Notes: generated by a model from the letters alone, not told the origin. Shown: positions 35,668 to 48,028, counted from the whole stretch's first letter. The stretch: DNA of 63,994 nt, filler included, from Perkinsus olseni (GCA_013115125.1; 9 parts of 9 records of this genome joined end to end with filler, not necessarily neighbours in it); one strand, 5' to 3'. Numbers and translations are program-made.

Positions 35668-36336
35668 CTGTGTGGGAGCGCTCAAAAAACTCCACTTCAG
35701 CGGAGTGGTACACCTTTCATTAACAACTCGCCACAACGCCAACACAAGAAGGAGGTCAGTATTTGTACGTCTGCAATACCGAGACATTACTCGGTCATAC
35801 CTCCGAGGTAAGAATAAGGTGGGGATGAAAATGATACTGATAACTATAGTTACCTCGTCAAACTCCGTAATGATGATGGCAAGGCGTACAACTAGAACAG
35901 CCGACGAAAAAATCATCACGCGCCCTCATCCGCATGTAACTAAGCGCAACAACTACTCTCAGCAAAAGCTGTAGCACTGGCTGTTACGGAGGTGAAGTAG
36001 ATCGTTACAAGTGGTTGTGATTATGTGATGATAGAAAGCTGCGAAGTTGGCTGAGACCAACTCAGTTCATCTCAGTTCAACGCAGTCGAGGACGCACGCA
36101 AGGCGTATATGGTTGTGGTGATACAAAAGGGGGAAGCCGCACTGAGCCGTGTATAGACAGAAACTGTTCAACATGGGAAACTACAGTCTCGTGGCTGAGA
36201 AGGCGAAGAAGCCGAATCGAACAGGCCATACATGATTGTCGATCGGGGCGTCATTTAGGTATCCACTCGAAAGTTGTGAGCACGTTGACCTTTCCACCCT
36301 GAAAAGTATGAGGATAGCCAATGTGAGAGCTCTAGA
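35668..36336 (+). repeat. Copy B of the direct duplication (cut by contig end)
   Basis: Homologous to 32183-32812; carries stops in the frame that is open in copy A. Confidence 0.9.
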
Positions 36337-36436
36337 NNNNNNNNNNNNNNNNNNNNNNNNNNNNNNNNNNNNNNNNNNNNTTAATTAATTAANNNNNNNN
36401 NNNNNNNNNNNNNNNNNNNNNNNNNNNNNNNNNNNN

Positions 36437-37231
36437 ATAGCTATTCATTCACCACTCTTTCCTATACTCTGTCCATCAGAGTTATTCTACTGTTGGGTTA
36501 ACAGTGCAGGTGTGTGGCATGACCAGGGCAGAATTACCATTATCATCTAAGTACTCTTAGCAGCATAGCTACTGGCAAGACACTGCGGACCATTGGCGGT
36601 CCTCACCATCAATAATATAGATAGTTCATAACAACCTTCTCCAGGATAGATCGCAAGGCTGATGAGGCCAGGATGAGGCCTTGGCGGATCAGGCATTGAA
36701 GGTTTCCGAAACCTCCAGCCATGGAAAGTCACCCCTAATTGTAGAGGCCCTCTTTCGCTTTTTCGCCTCTGATTGGGCACTCTCGGTCGTGGCGCTGTCG
36801 GTCTCGGATGGAGCACTTCCTTTATCGGGCTCCATTATAGAGCCTCCGTAGGCTGACAGGAGCTCCAGCGACAGTTCGCTGAGCGGACTTCGCTCCTATT
36901 AGTTTCACATCACCACGTTTCAGCATTTTGGCGAGTGCGTCGTCGACGCAGCGTCGATTGTGGGCATCAGTTGATGAGTCCCTCCAGAACAGCTAAGATA
37001 ACGCAGTCGGACTGTCCGACAGCGGGTCGGTTAACACTGCAAAATCGCCGATGGCCGACGGCTTTCGGCATGGACCTCATGCCACGAACGGCCGTCACAT
37101 CGTGTGACGCGCCCACGGGCCGAGTGGTAAGATTATTAGAAGTGAGGATCGCAGGAACCTTTTCGAGCGTTTCCTCAGGGCTATTTCTAGCTCATTTTTC
37201 GCATGGGCTAGATGAATCCTAGGCCGGGCCG
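36437..37231 (-). mobile_element. Possible decayed hAT-like transposase 5' portion
   Basis: MEPDKG...AKKRKR (NLS-like)...FPWLE followed by YIIDGEDRQWSAVSCQ*LCC, resembling a TTF-type Zn finger with stops. Confidence 0.35.
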
Positions 37232-37644
37232 GGCCGCCAGGTGGTGGAGGGGGCAGTCGCGATAGGTGTTACACGGGTTTCCACACACAGCGTAGTTGAT
37301 ATAACCTTGCGAATCCTGAGAGGAGTGCATGTGGGAGACCCGCCGGTTGCCTACAACACGACGAGTTATCATCGATAACCAAGAGCTTCCGGATGGGGCC
37401 CGAATCAGATTGAAAAACCCGTGGCACTCACATAAGTGACTATCGGTTCGAGATTCCCGTTACAGACACACTCATCATCTGCGCAGTTGTTGGAAAGCCT
37501 CTGGTAGTTGCCACCTGGTTTAGCAGAGCATGCGCTGAGCACACGGGGAAACTTACCTATGCATTCGTCACTCGCTGGGTTCGAAGGAGGATGTGCGACG
37601 GTTAGGCACAACCAGCACAAGATGTGGAGGACGTTGGAGTGCAT
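37232..37644 (-). pseudogene. Small secreted Cys-rich protein, probably disrupted
   Basis: MHSNVLHILCWLCLTVA signal, then C..C..C..CVC. A later exon YAVCGNPCNTYRDCP loses coherence at a C run next to the putative hAT boundary. Confidence 0.45.
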
Positions 37645-37711
37645 TTTACGGAGGCTTACGGGCAACACGATACCCACAAACCAGCTTCAAGTTGCCAGGG
37701 GATGATTCACC

Positions 37712-38150
37712 CAGGGTGGCTGAAATAAATCAGAGTGAAATATTTCAAGAAAGTTTACGCGAAATATTTCAAATATTTCACCGAAAAATTTTCAGTGAAA
37801 TATTTAACTTTTTACGAAATTTTAGCCGTTTCGGCCTATTTCGGCCTATTTCGGCCGTTTTTTGGCCATTTCCCGTCAGGTTGCCGACAGTCAACACAAA
37901 CTTCAACCAGACTGAAATCCCAGTGCAGCTCAGAGGAGCGTCAGTTCGGAGACGCATTTCTGAGGTGGACCACCTCCCCGAACTTTCGGATCGAGAGTTC
38001 GGGGATATTTTCCGATTTTTTCGAGAGTCTCGATTTAAGTCTCCGCCTAGCTATGCCAACCGCCTTGATGTGGTCACTCTCACTGAGAGTCTCACCCAAG
38101 TTGAGTCACTCAACAGTAATACTGTTACAGTATTGAGCAGCTGAGCCGGA
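37712..38150 (+). mobile_element. DNA transposon (hAT-like) terminus with subterminal palindromic repeats
   Basis: Starts CAGGGTGGC, followed by repeated GAAATATTTC palindromes and tandem TTTCGGCC. The partner end was not found. Confidence 0.45.
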
Positions 38151-38843
38151 GGGAACTAGCATAGGTCTCTCAGAGGCCTCACGTGCTAAGTTCTTCTCTA
38201 GCCGGCGCCTGGTTTCGCCACAACCGCACGTGCCTCCGTGCTCTGAGTGGGTGATTCCATCCGATTGGGCTCATCGAATTCTATCGTAATGGCGTTCACA
38301 TGTGAGTAAACTGGATATTCGCCGATCTGTAATAGTTCGGATCCTCATTTTCAAAGGGCTGCTATTCAATTGGGAGTCTACCAATTGAAACTGTCCGGGA
38401 CAGTCAGCGTGGGCGCCTAAGTGGGACAGTCTGCCACGGCCACACATCCTTCTTGAAGAAGTACAGAATTACATCACTCAATTACAATCAGCTGAATTAC
38501 AGATAGAGAAAGAAGACTTCTTCCTCTCCTGCCTGTCGCCTTTGTGTCTTCAGTCGTGAGCATTGCATTTGCTCACTGAGCAAAGAGCACATTTCCAAGG
38601 GGTATCCAATTTGACATTGCAGGTCTCACGCGGCGTCACATTTCAGGTGCACCGCTCAACGCATTTGGATAAGACAGATCCTCTCTCATAGTTGTGGCCT
38701 GTGGCTCTAGGTCCGGGTCAAAATGTGCTACTCGTTAGCGTCACCCTCCTGGCGCCACGCTGGTTGCATCCATCGTTGTCTCGCGACGATCTCTCTCTAC
38801 AAGTGCTCTTTCTCACGTTTCCACGCCGTAGTGCTGTGCTTGG

Positions 38844-40335
38844 GGGGTTTTTGACCTTCGCGCGCCCTAGGCCAACCATCTGTGATTGTCTTCCTTGTGG
38901 CTTCGCCCGAGAAGTGTAGTTGAAACCCACTTGTTATGTCGTTCAGTTCCCAAGAGTAGTGCGCAAGGTGGCGCACAAGTTCATGTGTGACAGACTGTCA
39001 CTGACGGGATCGATTATTGTATAGGAGAGAACAGGTCAAACTGAGTAGACTACTGCATTCCCCGGCCATAAGAGGCAGCTATCTGGCTCTTCTCAGGACT
39101 TGGTTCTTACTCACCCTACTCAGATATCTGCTCTCGACTCTACTTCTGACTTCAACTAGGGGTTTTGCACCGGTTGGGCTAGTCGCCCAACCGACCCGCA
39201 GATCAAGCTCTGGGCTACCCGACGAAGCCACCTTGCCACATCCTGGAGTCGCGGCGGCCAGTGAAAGTGGTGATGCGGCTTTCTGGCTGGAAATGGCAGA
39301 CCAAGTGCGGAACAAGCTGGTCTATGTGGTTGACGATGACATGAACATGCCGACAGAACTGGCTATTGCAGCGACAGACGATGAGCACCTTTTCTGGATG
39401 TGGTTGGCGGGTCAGATGAAGAAAGAGTTTGATACTCTTGGTCTCGATAACCCTGACGTACTGCTAGTCCCTAGTGGAGTTGAGTACGATGTGGAATTTT
39501 TGCTGGCAACACTTGCTGCTCAAGCATCTTCCTCAAGCTTCACGGCTTTCGACGACACCGACCTATCACAACCACAGGCTGTCGTAGCGAGAGGCAGGGA
39601 GCACAATTTCGTGAGGCGGATCGCGAGTATTTTCACGTTATTTTGGTGAGACAAGGTGGAAATCACCTTGTCGGCTTTTCGATAATCAGCCTGCTCTGTT
39701 TGTACTGACATCATGTCAGTAACAAGCCATCAAGAGCATTTTGGTGGTATAATATATCATCGTAGGCATCGGTTGTTGGGCTCACGTCGCCTAATGGTCG
39801 TGGCCGACACAATTCTGTCTCTTTTGGCACTAAATGTGCTTGTGCTCTATTCTGGGAATGTGCACTTTGCTCGGGCCGGGCAATGGCCGTATTACTCGTC
39901 ATCTGAGTTGAAGGGCTCAGACTCATTCAAGTAAGTCTCTTCTTTAGACCTCCATGGCAATGAGTTGAGTCGCAGGCGGCCCAAGCCTGACACTCTGGAA
40001 ACGAATGATTCTCTAGACGGCTCGTTAGGAACGATTCGTTACCTAACAACTATAACTAATAGTTATTAAGTATTGAGATATGCGAATGGTAGGTATGAAA
40101 AGTACGCCATGGATATACTGTATTCACTTAGTGGACTTTCACCTGTTTTACGCGAAGTGTTTTACACGAAAAACGCGATATGCTGTGTTGAGATAACACT
40201 TCGCGTCATTGTTGTGTCCCGATAACGCACGCGTGAAACGCAATGTCGCGAAAAACTCTAACGCGATAACGCGTCATAACGTGTTTACCGCGTGACGCGG
40301 ATTTTGGACTCCAAAATTAAAAATTCAAAAACCCC
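38844..40335 (+). mobile_element. Decayed Mutator (MULE)-like element
   Basis: SWIM-like CACALFWECALCS...AVLL at ~39835-39900 after ORF 39017-39649; ACGCG-rich subterminal tract at 40140-40300; 11-bp inverted GGGGTTTTTGA (38844) / TCAAAAACCCC (40335). Confidence 0.4.
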
Positions 40336-40617
40336 TTCCGGAAAGAACTGCGCACAGATGTCTCAGGTTCCTCTTCCGAGTGACGCACACGACGGTAGCG
40401 TGACGACCCAAAATTTCCCACACCCCCCGAAGGGTCAACGCAATTCACAGCTGGTAGGAAAGAGCCCCAGCGTTGGTGCAGTCGAGGCAGTCGCCTTTGC
40501 TGGTTCGTCAATTCCTGCGGCGCGCAAATGCCTGGGAGAAGGGCTTCCTCGATTCCTGGCCTCTGATTCTTTAACGATTTTTTGTGAGGTCAGCTTATGT
40601 CTAGTAGTACTACTTAT

Positions 40618-42626
40618 TTATTCGTTTTGAGTCGCTGGCTGCTGATGATCAGCAGCTGATCGAGGGTGCCTGATTCGTCTATGCGTACTTCTACTTATTA
40701 TTACTTCGTTATCAGCCAATATCTCTTCCCAAACAGATTCAAGGTAATCGCGGATAAGCTTCTCGAGGTGCGTGTCGAAGAACTCGAGACTTTCCGTCAA
40801 CGGAATCCGTTCCGGTTGCACGACGTTCTCGGCGCACCTGCAGGTGGGCGAAGTCTGAGCGGCGGAGCGTACGGTTGCTTCCAAACCTTCGCCGAACGGG
40901 TGCGAGGACTCCATCGAAAGGCTCGAGGCTATTCGAGATTTCCCGGCTGCCTTTGATAACGTCAGCCAGCTGGCGCTCGAAAGCTGATACCTGAATTGGA
41001 CCGATTCAATCGGTTCGTCTCCAGCTACATAAGCTGTTAAATTAACAGCCATATCATTAGCAGTGTTAATGATAGAAGGGCTAGACACTCTCCTGACTCA
41101 GGAGTCCTGAGAATCGCTTCTGCAGCCCCGAAGTGTGTCGATGTCCCAGCTGGTTCGAGTCTTTGCAGGCCATGCTGCATATGCCTAGATCGCCTTGTCG
41201 AACCAACATGTTCATCGGTACAGACTCGAGAGAGCTCAACTCACCTCTTTGTTGTCTAGCAGGTCGAGTTTGGGCAGTTTCGACACAATCGCGGCACGGT
41301 AGTACAGTCGAGTCGCCGAACTAGGGCTTCCCATATCCACTTGGTCGTTATTTCGCTCCCCGCAGTCTATAGAGAAGTCTTCTAGCTCGGGATGGCCCCC
41401 AGCTAGGAGCGCCAGGAATCTCTGAAGATGCGAGAGGCTCTCCGGAACCCCTCGCATTAGACCGTTATGGGACAGTCGGACTGACTTGAGAGATTGAAAC
41501 TGATCGGCATCGGAGCGAGACATGCACGATTTCTCGGCCTCAGTGAGCCGAAACACCTTGCCTAGATTCTGGCAGAAACTCTTGTCCAAGAGGAGGCTCT
41601 CCAACGTGAGGTAATTGAGACTCAGCGAGACGACGTTCCTTTGATACTTCTTCTTCTCCAAGGCATCCAATCCCCTGCCGTATATGTGCAAGTCCAAAGA
41701 TTCCCCACGTTTAACGTAACCGTAACTGACCGCCACTCTGTCATATAAGAAACTCGAACTTGGATCCCCGGGGTCCTTTATGTCCTGCACGGGACCCGTG
41801 CCACGGGGAGCCAAGGCACAAAACCTGGACGTTTCAAGGCTGACTCACTTCGGGCTACGCGGCCTGCCCTCCTCTAGGGCCTCGTGCCACTCAGCGATGA
41901 CTTTGGATATTACCTACGAAGTTCAGACCTCTGTTCTGGGGTATGCGCCGCTGATCCAACGGCGCCTGACCAGGGTATCGAATGGGCCTTCTTCTAACCG
42001 CCCACATGAGACGAGCCACGTGATTCATAGGTTATGGTATTCCGGAACCAAATCCCGGAGCTAGGAAGATCCTATTAGCTCTGCTGCAGTAGTAACGCGG
42101 CACTCTTTGAGAGAGTGAGAGCTCGTTGAAAGAGTCTCTTTCAATGGGCTCTCACTCGAGCAGGACCTGCTTAGCAGGTAGTACGGATGTATGGATATCC
42201 AGACGCATCGTCTGAGACGACGGCGGGCCGCCATCGTCTACGAGATAATTTCGCTGCAACCTCGATATCATATGGACCATATGACTTCGCGAGGATAGTT
42301 GCTTTGTAATGCAAAGCATCGACGGGGCTCCAGCCACGGACTCCCGTCACAGGAGCCTTCCGTCGGGAGGTTGGCAACTCGGATACGCCTCCCACTTGAA
42401 TGCGAGCGAGTGCTCGGTTGTTCGACGGTGGAGACAGCTCACGCGCGATACCATTATTCGTACTGCCCTTGCCGGCCAAAGAGCTGACCTGAGCGTTCCC
42501 ACCCGAACGTGCAGGGTGATCAAGACGAGGACTTACTTCCGTTTCGGGCGCACCACCAGCTGCGACTCGAATCCGTTCCATTGTGAGGCAGTATGACAAA
42601 AAGCGTTCCTGAGCTTCACAAATCAA
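40618..42626 (-). CDS. Leucine-rich repeat protein, LRRC49-like C-terminal region, multi-exon
   Basis: LHIYGRGLDALEK...VVSLSLNYL...LKSVRLSHNGL and LRR cap YYRAAIVSKLPKLDLLDNKEVS. 5' end not resolved. Confidence 0.6.
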
Positions 42627-43440
42627 TCGCCAGCGTGCAAAGCTGCTAGCTCAGCTCAGTTCAGTTCATCATGAACTGTCTATGTTTGACCCGTTCATGA
42701 GCTTGTACTTTGGGTCAGCTGACACCTCATTACCGTTTTTGAAACAATGGATTAGTCCTGCCACTTGATGGTTCGTCTGACTGTCTACCAGTGAAAGACT
42801 CCCATTAATTGATCAAACTCAAGTGAATAAATTCCTAGTCTAGGTAAACTCTACCGTATGGTGGCCATACTATGGTCTGCGTCACTAGCCGGGCTAAATA
42901 CTTTCAGCCTCTGGGATCTGCAATGCAGATTCTGCATCATCTACTATGTACAATCGGACGTATTATCGCTGAGCGTGCAGTTCAATATATCCGATATATT
43001 ATATCGATGATGCTCCAGCGCAATATCTGGTCGTATTCACCAAGACAACGCTTGTGTGACTATCGATGCGTTCCAGCCAACATACTCTTGGAGCTGCCTC
43101 TATTAGAGGCCCTCTAACTTAGAGCTGCTTCTAGCCCAGCTTCAACCTTTCAGAGATTACCTCCGAGCCTGTCATCCGGTAACCATGACAACCAGATGAA
43201 TTACCGTAACGCCATCGGTGAAGTTGATCCCAATCTTATCGCCTCTCAGATATTAACAGTTCAATTATTGAACTTCAATAACAGATCACTCACTAAGGCG
43301 GCCATAGTGTGGCCTGAGGTAGCATCTCAGGCACCGGTTCATTTCGCCAGCTTTTGTTGCCACTAGAAGCGTTGGAGTTCCTACCACTGGTAGCAACTCC
43401 AACGCTGGTAGGCTACCAGGCTGGTAGTACCAGCCAAAGT

Positions 43441-43485
<45 letters not shown>

Positions 43486-44787
43486 CGGCGGCGCGGCCGG
43501 GGGGGGGGAGGGCGGGGGCGAGGCGGGCGCGAGAGGTGGGTGGAGGGGGGGAGGGATAGGCGAAACAACACAANNNNNNNNNNNNNNNNNNNNNNNNNNN
43601 NNNNNNNNNNNNNNNNNTTAATTAATTAANNNNNNNNNNNNNNNNNNNNNNNNNNNNNNNNNNNNNNNNNNNNGCTTCCGAGAATAGTGAAACAACAGTT
43701 TTAGCGTGTGTTGACGTTCGACCCGACCTCTGTTGACATTCGACCCCGCGGCCATGATGCTTGGATCGTCCAAAATCAGCAATAACCGTAATCTCCATGA
43801 GTATGCGCAGTGGCCAATTGTGACCTGACTCTCCTGTTGTGTGGTACTGTAAAGAAGTGCCATAGTTCTTCGCTATATTATTATCACTATTCTACATATT
43901 TCTATACCTCCATACATTACTCACCCATCAGTAACGGCATCATCGTCCTCGTCATCATAATTGGTGTAGTTATACCAATCGTTCGGCTATTGACAACGGG
44001 TAGAGTACCCTTTGGACGATCGTTCCGGATCATGCTGATGATGCTGCAGTATAAAGATGTATTGAAGTAATACTAGTAGTAGTATTACTGTTCTCGTGTA
44101 TCTATGTCGATGATGCTAGCGAATACTATCACAACGCAGCCCCTTAAACAGCAGCAGTTGTGATGCTAGTGCCAGTCGTGACTTTACTACTACTCGGTTT
44201 ATTTTATAGTTATTTATCGTCGTGCAGTTGTTGTTCATCATGGTGGATGTTTCTACCTTTGATGATTGCACACTTCTCCTCAAGAAGGGGTTTTGCTTCA
44301 TTCCTCCCTTCACGTTCGTCGTGGTTGAGACCCCTCGTTTCCATCACAGACCGCTCTTTGTTCATCAATGTACTACTCCTTGGTAGCAGCCATGGCATCC
44401 TCCTTGGTCTCCTCATCATCATCCTTGTCAATAACTGGGTGTTCCCAGACTCTGCGCCGCCCCCCACTCTAGCTTCCAATTGCCAGTGATAGATATATCT
44501 GGGATATAAGATCTAGCAAAGCATGTAGTAGTACATTTCGGTGGGGGACACCGTCACACCACTTCACATCACCATAAATCTTGTGCCTGGGGTCGTCGTC
44601 TGAGCATGCTAGCAGGTTTCTCAATGATGGTGGTGCTGCTGACGTATATGAAATAATGACGCCTTAATGTTTCCTACAGTAGCAATTCCGAGTATCTTCG
44701 TAACCTACTTGAGTCACACACACTCCGTGCATACGTGGCTTATGTCCTTGTCATTCCTATAGTATCACGTTGATCATCATCATCAGC

Positions 44788-46394
44788 ATGATGGCTACGA
44801 CCAACCACCACTCCCTTCTACTGGGCGTATGCTGCTGCTGTTTTCTGCTCGGCGGTAGAGTCATCGCTGATGATATACCACAAGTACTTGATATATCGGT
44901 ATCCGATCTTGGTGCTAGTATTGACAGAGTTCAAGAAGCCATCACCACCCAGGGTTAGTCCATTAATCTAGCACCTCTTCCAGAGCGACATTCTTCGTCT
45001 CAGGCGTGTTCACCCTTACAGGCTTGCCCACTCCACTCATCACAGCTTATCAAACTCTTGCCTACAACCTACCTCGATGTGGTACTGGGAAGGATGGGAG
45101 AACAGAGAGATTAGGAGATGGTACTCTCAGGACTACTTATGCTCAGAGTAAGCAGCATAACGGACCCCGACATTTCTATCGCGGTTCCCAGCATAACGGC
45201 TCTCAGAATTGTTCATTGGTGATAGTCGAATGAGCCAGTTTTGCTTTACCCTTGTGAAGATGAGATTTCTAATCAGAGTCAATGCATGCCTCCCCCCGCT
45301 TCCTACAGTCGAGTGGTTGCCCCAGTGTAGTGACAGACGCTGTTAACTACATACGATCAGAGTTGGAGTATCTCGGAGTCGAGGTCGCTCGAGCTTTGGA
45401 TAAGGTGAGATAGGGGGATAATCAGGTATTGCTCGTGGGAGCGTTGACTTCCGTAGGTATTAACCTTCAACAGCAGCCATACAGTAAGCCCTAGTAGTGG
45501 AGACGTAGGAAGTGTAGAGGACATAATAACACAAGGGGAGAACAGTCATCTAGACCACATACACGTATACACTAAGGATTTATCTGATCCTGAGGATATA
45601 GTGGTGCAGTGGGAAGGAAAGGAAGCTCAACAACAACAGGTGGAGGAGGATGGCCATACAAACGGAGTGAGTGCTTATCCGAATACCTACTGTAGTCATA
45701 GTATGGCTTGCTGGCTCCCTTTGATTGTGTATCCGGATTCGCTCAACGCAGCTTTGTCCTCCGTTATTCGAGTGCCGCCTCGTCGTGTCCTATCACGTCT
45801 CCATTATCATGCCGTATTGATTGCCGAACCCATCTTTCTGCTGCTATCAGGGCCTGTCGTTGGATCAACCTCTATCTTAGGTGTATGATGATACATTGAC
45901 CTTACATACCGATCAAGGGGTATTTTTGTTGCTCATACTGCCTCCTGGGGACTCCAACTTTTATTATGAGGATGGAACGTCCTCGAAACAGGTCGGTTGA
46001 AGAGCACCCAGGAATATGCCACTCGACTTGCTCTCTGTAAAATGATGCACTTTTCTTTCGAGCTTGGTCACGAAAACTCTTCTAACAGGTCCCATTGAAT
46101 ATACCCTCATCAGCCGGCGGCGGCGATGGTGGGATGGGGGTAGTGGTGTTGATGGGCAACACCCTCAAGAGTTTTATCGGTAATATCGGGTCTATATTCG
46201 GCCACGCCATTCCTCGTCATGGATCTTCATTGTTATCCTATACAGGCACCACCCCATCGGTCAGGCCTCTCCCTCATGCTGTCCGTATGGGTGTCACTTC
46301 CACTCCCAGATTGGTATTTGGCCGTATGTTCTTGCTCCCAGCTGCTTTCAAGAGCCCCATCCCTGCTCTCAAATCAATGACTTTTAAACAGTAG
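44788..46394 (+). CDS. Signal peptide plus Fe(II)/2-oxoglutarate dioxygenase-like domain (5' part of fusion gene)
   Basis: Exons 44788-44953, 45004-45147, 45309-~45404, 45457-45666, 45881-45991 and 46089-46394 splice in frame. They give HLDHIHVY, LHTDQGVFLLL, VVVLMG, PLPHAV and RLVFGRMFL. Confidence 0.75.
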
Positions 46395-47345
46395 ACTCAG
46401 GCAGCTTTGATACCCCGCGATGATGACTCAGAGGAGATAGCGTTCGCTAGGAGAAGATTAGGTAGTAAAAGTAGTAGGCTTGCTTTAATACCCCTGCACC
46501 TTCACAGTAGCAAAATCATCAGACTTTCGCAGATAGCTTCCGCGCTCGCGAATATGCGTTTATTGTTGTTTTCAGCTGGGGAATGCAAGGCCGGTGAGAT
46601 ATACTGTTGGATGCAATGCATGGCTAATACTTGTAGTGGTGTTAATGAAATGCCTGTATGCTGGGATACAGCTACTAATGAGCTATGTACTACTCATGAT
46701 GGTCTCCATCATAAAACTTGTGGTGTAGGATGTGCAGTCAAACCAGCTGGCGGGGGTGGTGTGAAGCCAGTATCACCTACACCTGATCCTAATGCCTTCT
46801 GTACTGGTTCAACAGCTATGTTTATGGATGGTTTTAATTGGATGAGAGGCACCTCCACGCAATGTGTTATTTTATTCACCCGTTCCTGGGTACTTGATAC
46901 AGCATGGAAGTTTGCTCTTGGTTGTATAGGTGTACTATTGCTAGGTATGCTGGTGGAGGGCATCCTTTGGGCTAGACGTCGTTATCTACGTCATATCCGC
47001 AATAAATGGGCTCATGCTATTATCGGAGCTTTGACCTTTGGTATTAGCGTATCTATAGCATATCTTGCTATGCTAGTGGTCATGACCTATAGTTGCGAAC
47101 TATTCCTTTGTCTATGTGCTGGTTTAGTTATCGGTCATTTTGTTTTCGGTAATGTGAGGCAGCGTATAGGAGAATCAGCTGATCCATGTTGTGGTGATAC
47201 TACGGTTGTATCTACTACTGCTGGTGGTGGTGGTGGTGGTGGTGCGGTTGATCCTAACGGATGCACGAGACGTTGTTCGAGCGATCGTGCTGGCCAAAGG
47301 CTCGTGTCGAAGGACAACACCACTTGTGAGGGATTCAGCTCGTAG
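46395..47345 (+). CDS. Cys-rich module plus Ctr/SLC31 copper transporter (3' part of fusion gene; probable intron 46462-46576)
   Basis: CKAGEIYCWMQCM...C..C..C; MFMDGF; ILFTRSWVLDT; three TM helices with MLVVM (MxxxM) and GLVIG (GxxxG); C-terminal CC. Confidence 0.9.
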   Translation, partial: TQAALIPRDDDSEEIAFARRRLGSKSSRLALIPLHLHSSKIIRLSQIASALANMRLLLFSAGECKAGEIYCWMQCMANTCSGVNEMPVCWDTATNELCTTHDGLHHKTCGVGCAVKPAGGGGVKPVSPTPDPNAFCTGSTAMFMDGFNWMRGTSTQCVILFTRSWVLDTAWKFALGCIGVLLLGMLVEGILWARRRYLRHIRNKWAHAIIGALTFGISVSIAYLAMLVVMTYSCELFLCLCAGLVIGHFVFGNVRQRIGESADPCCGDTTVVSTTAGGGGGGGAVDPNGCTRRCSSDRAGQRLVSKDNTTCEGFSS

Positions 47346-48028
47346 ATTTGACGATCGTCACAGAATAAGATAGATTCAAGTGTCGGAAATTTACACGGAG
47401 AAGTCAGATACGTCCTTTTTTCGCTCCTCATCTTTACATCAATTTACTTAGATTTTTTGGCGGCCGACTAGTTGAGTTGCGTTTTCACTTGGGCTCTGAA
47501 AGCCGCTTTACTTCCGGGGAGTTTGTAGGTGGCGGTACGCTTGGATGACGGTTGAAATATCCGACAGTCACAGACGCGTGACACGATGCCGGATACTCTG
47601 CACTCATCATAGAGCAGCGTGAGAAGACTCAGAATTGCTCGATGAGCGTAGCTGTACCACGTCTGCTCGTGAGACGATCGAAGCGTCAAAAGTGTCAATA
47701 TCCACTCTTCTCCCGGGTGGTAGAGAGCAGGTTCGATGAAGTGCCTAGGGGCCACTACCCGAAGAGCATCGCGCATGTACCTAATTCTTGGACCGCGCCA
47801 ACACTACACCAGAGATCGTCAACGAAGCGCTTGTGCGCTTCGTCATCGCGCGGACAGGAGCAAACCCCACGCACCGCTCTTTTCACGATACGCGCAACAA
47901 GTTGACCTACATATTAACTGATCCTATACGACGACAGTCACGGAATCCCAACTGGATACCCATGCACTGATATTAGGTAGAACACAACATCCGTTGCGTG
48001 AGTTGAAATATATTCAGCACTTTGATGT

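Noticed and set aside
43441-43560. G-rich tracts (also 21703-21753 and 57926-57942) as functional G-quadruplexes or Gly/Pro-rich ORFs
   Set aside because: All lie near contig ends where sequence quality after homopolymers is doubtful, so they cannot be distinguished from artefacts.
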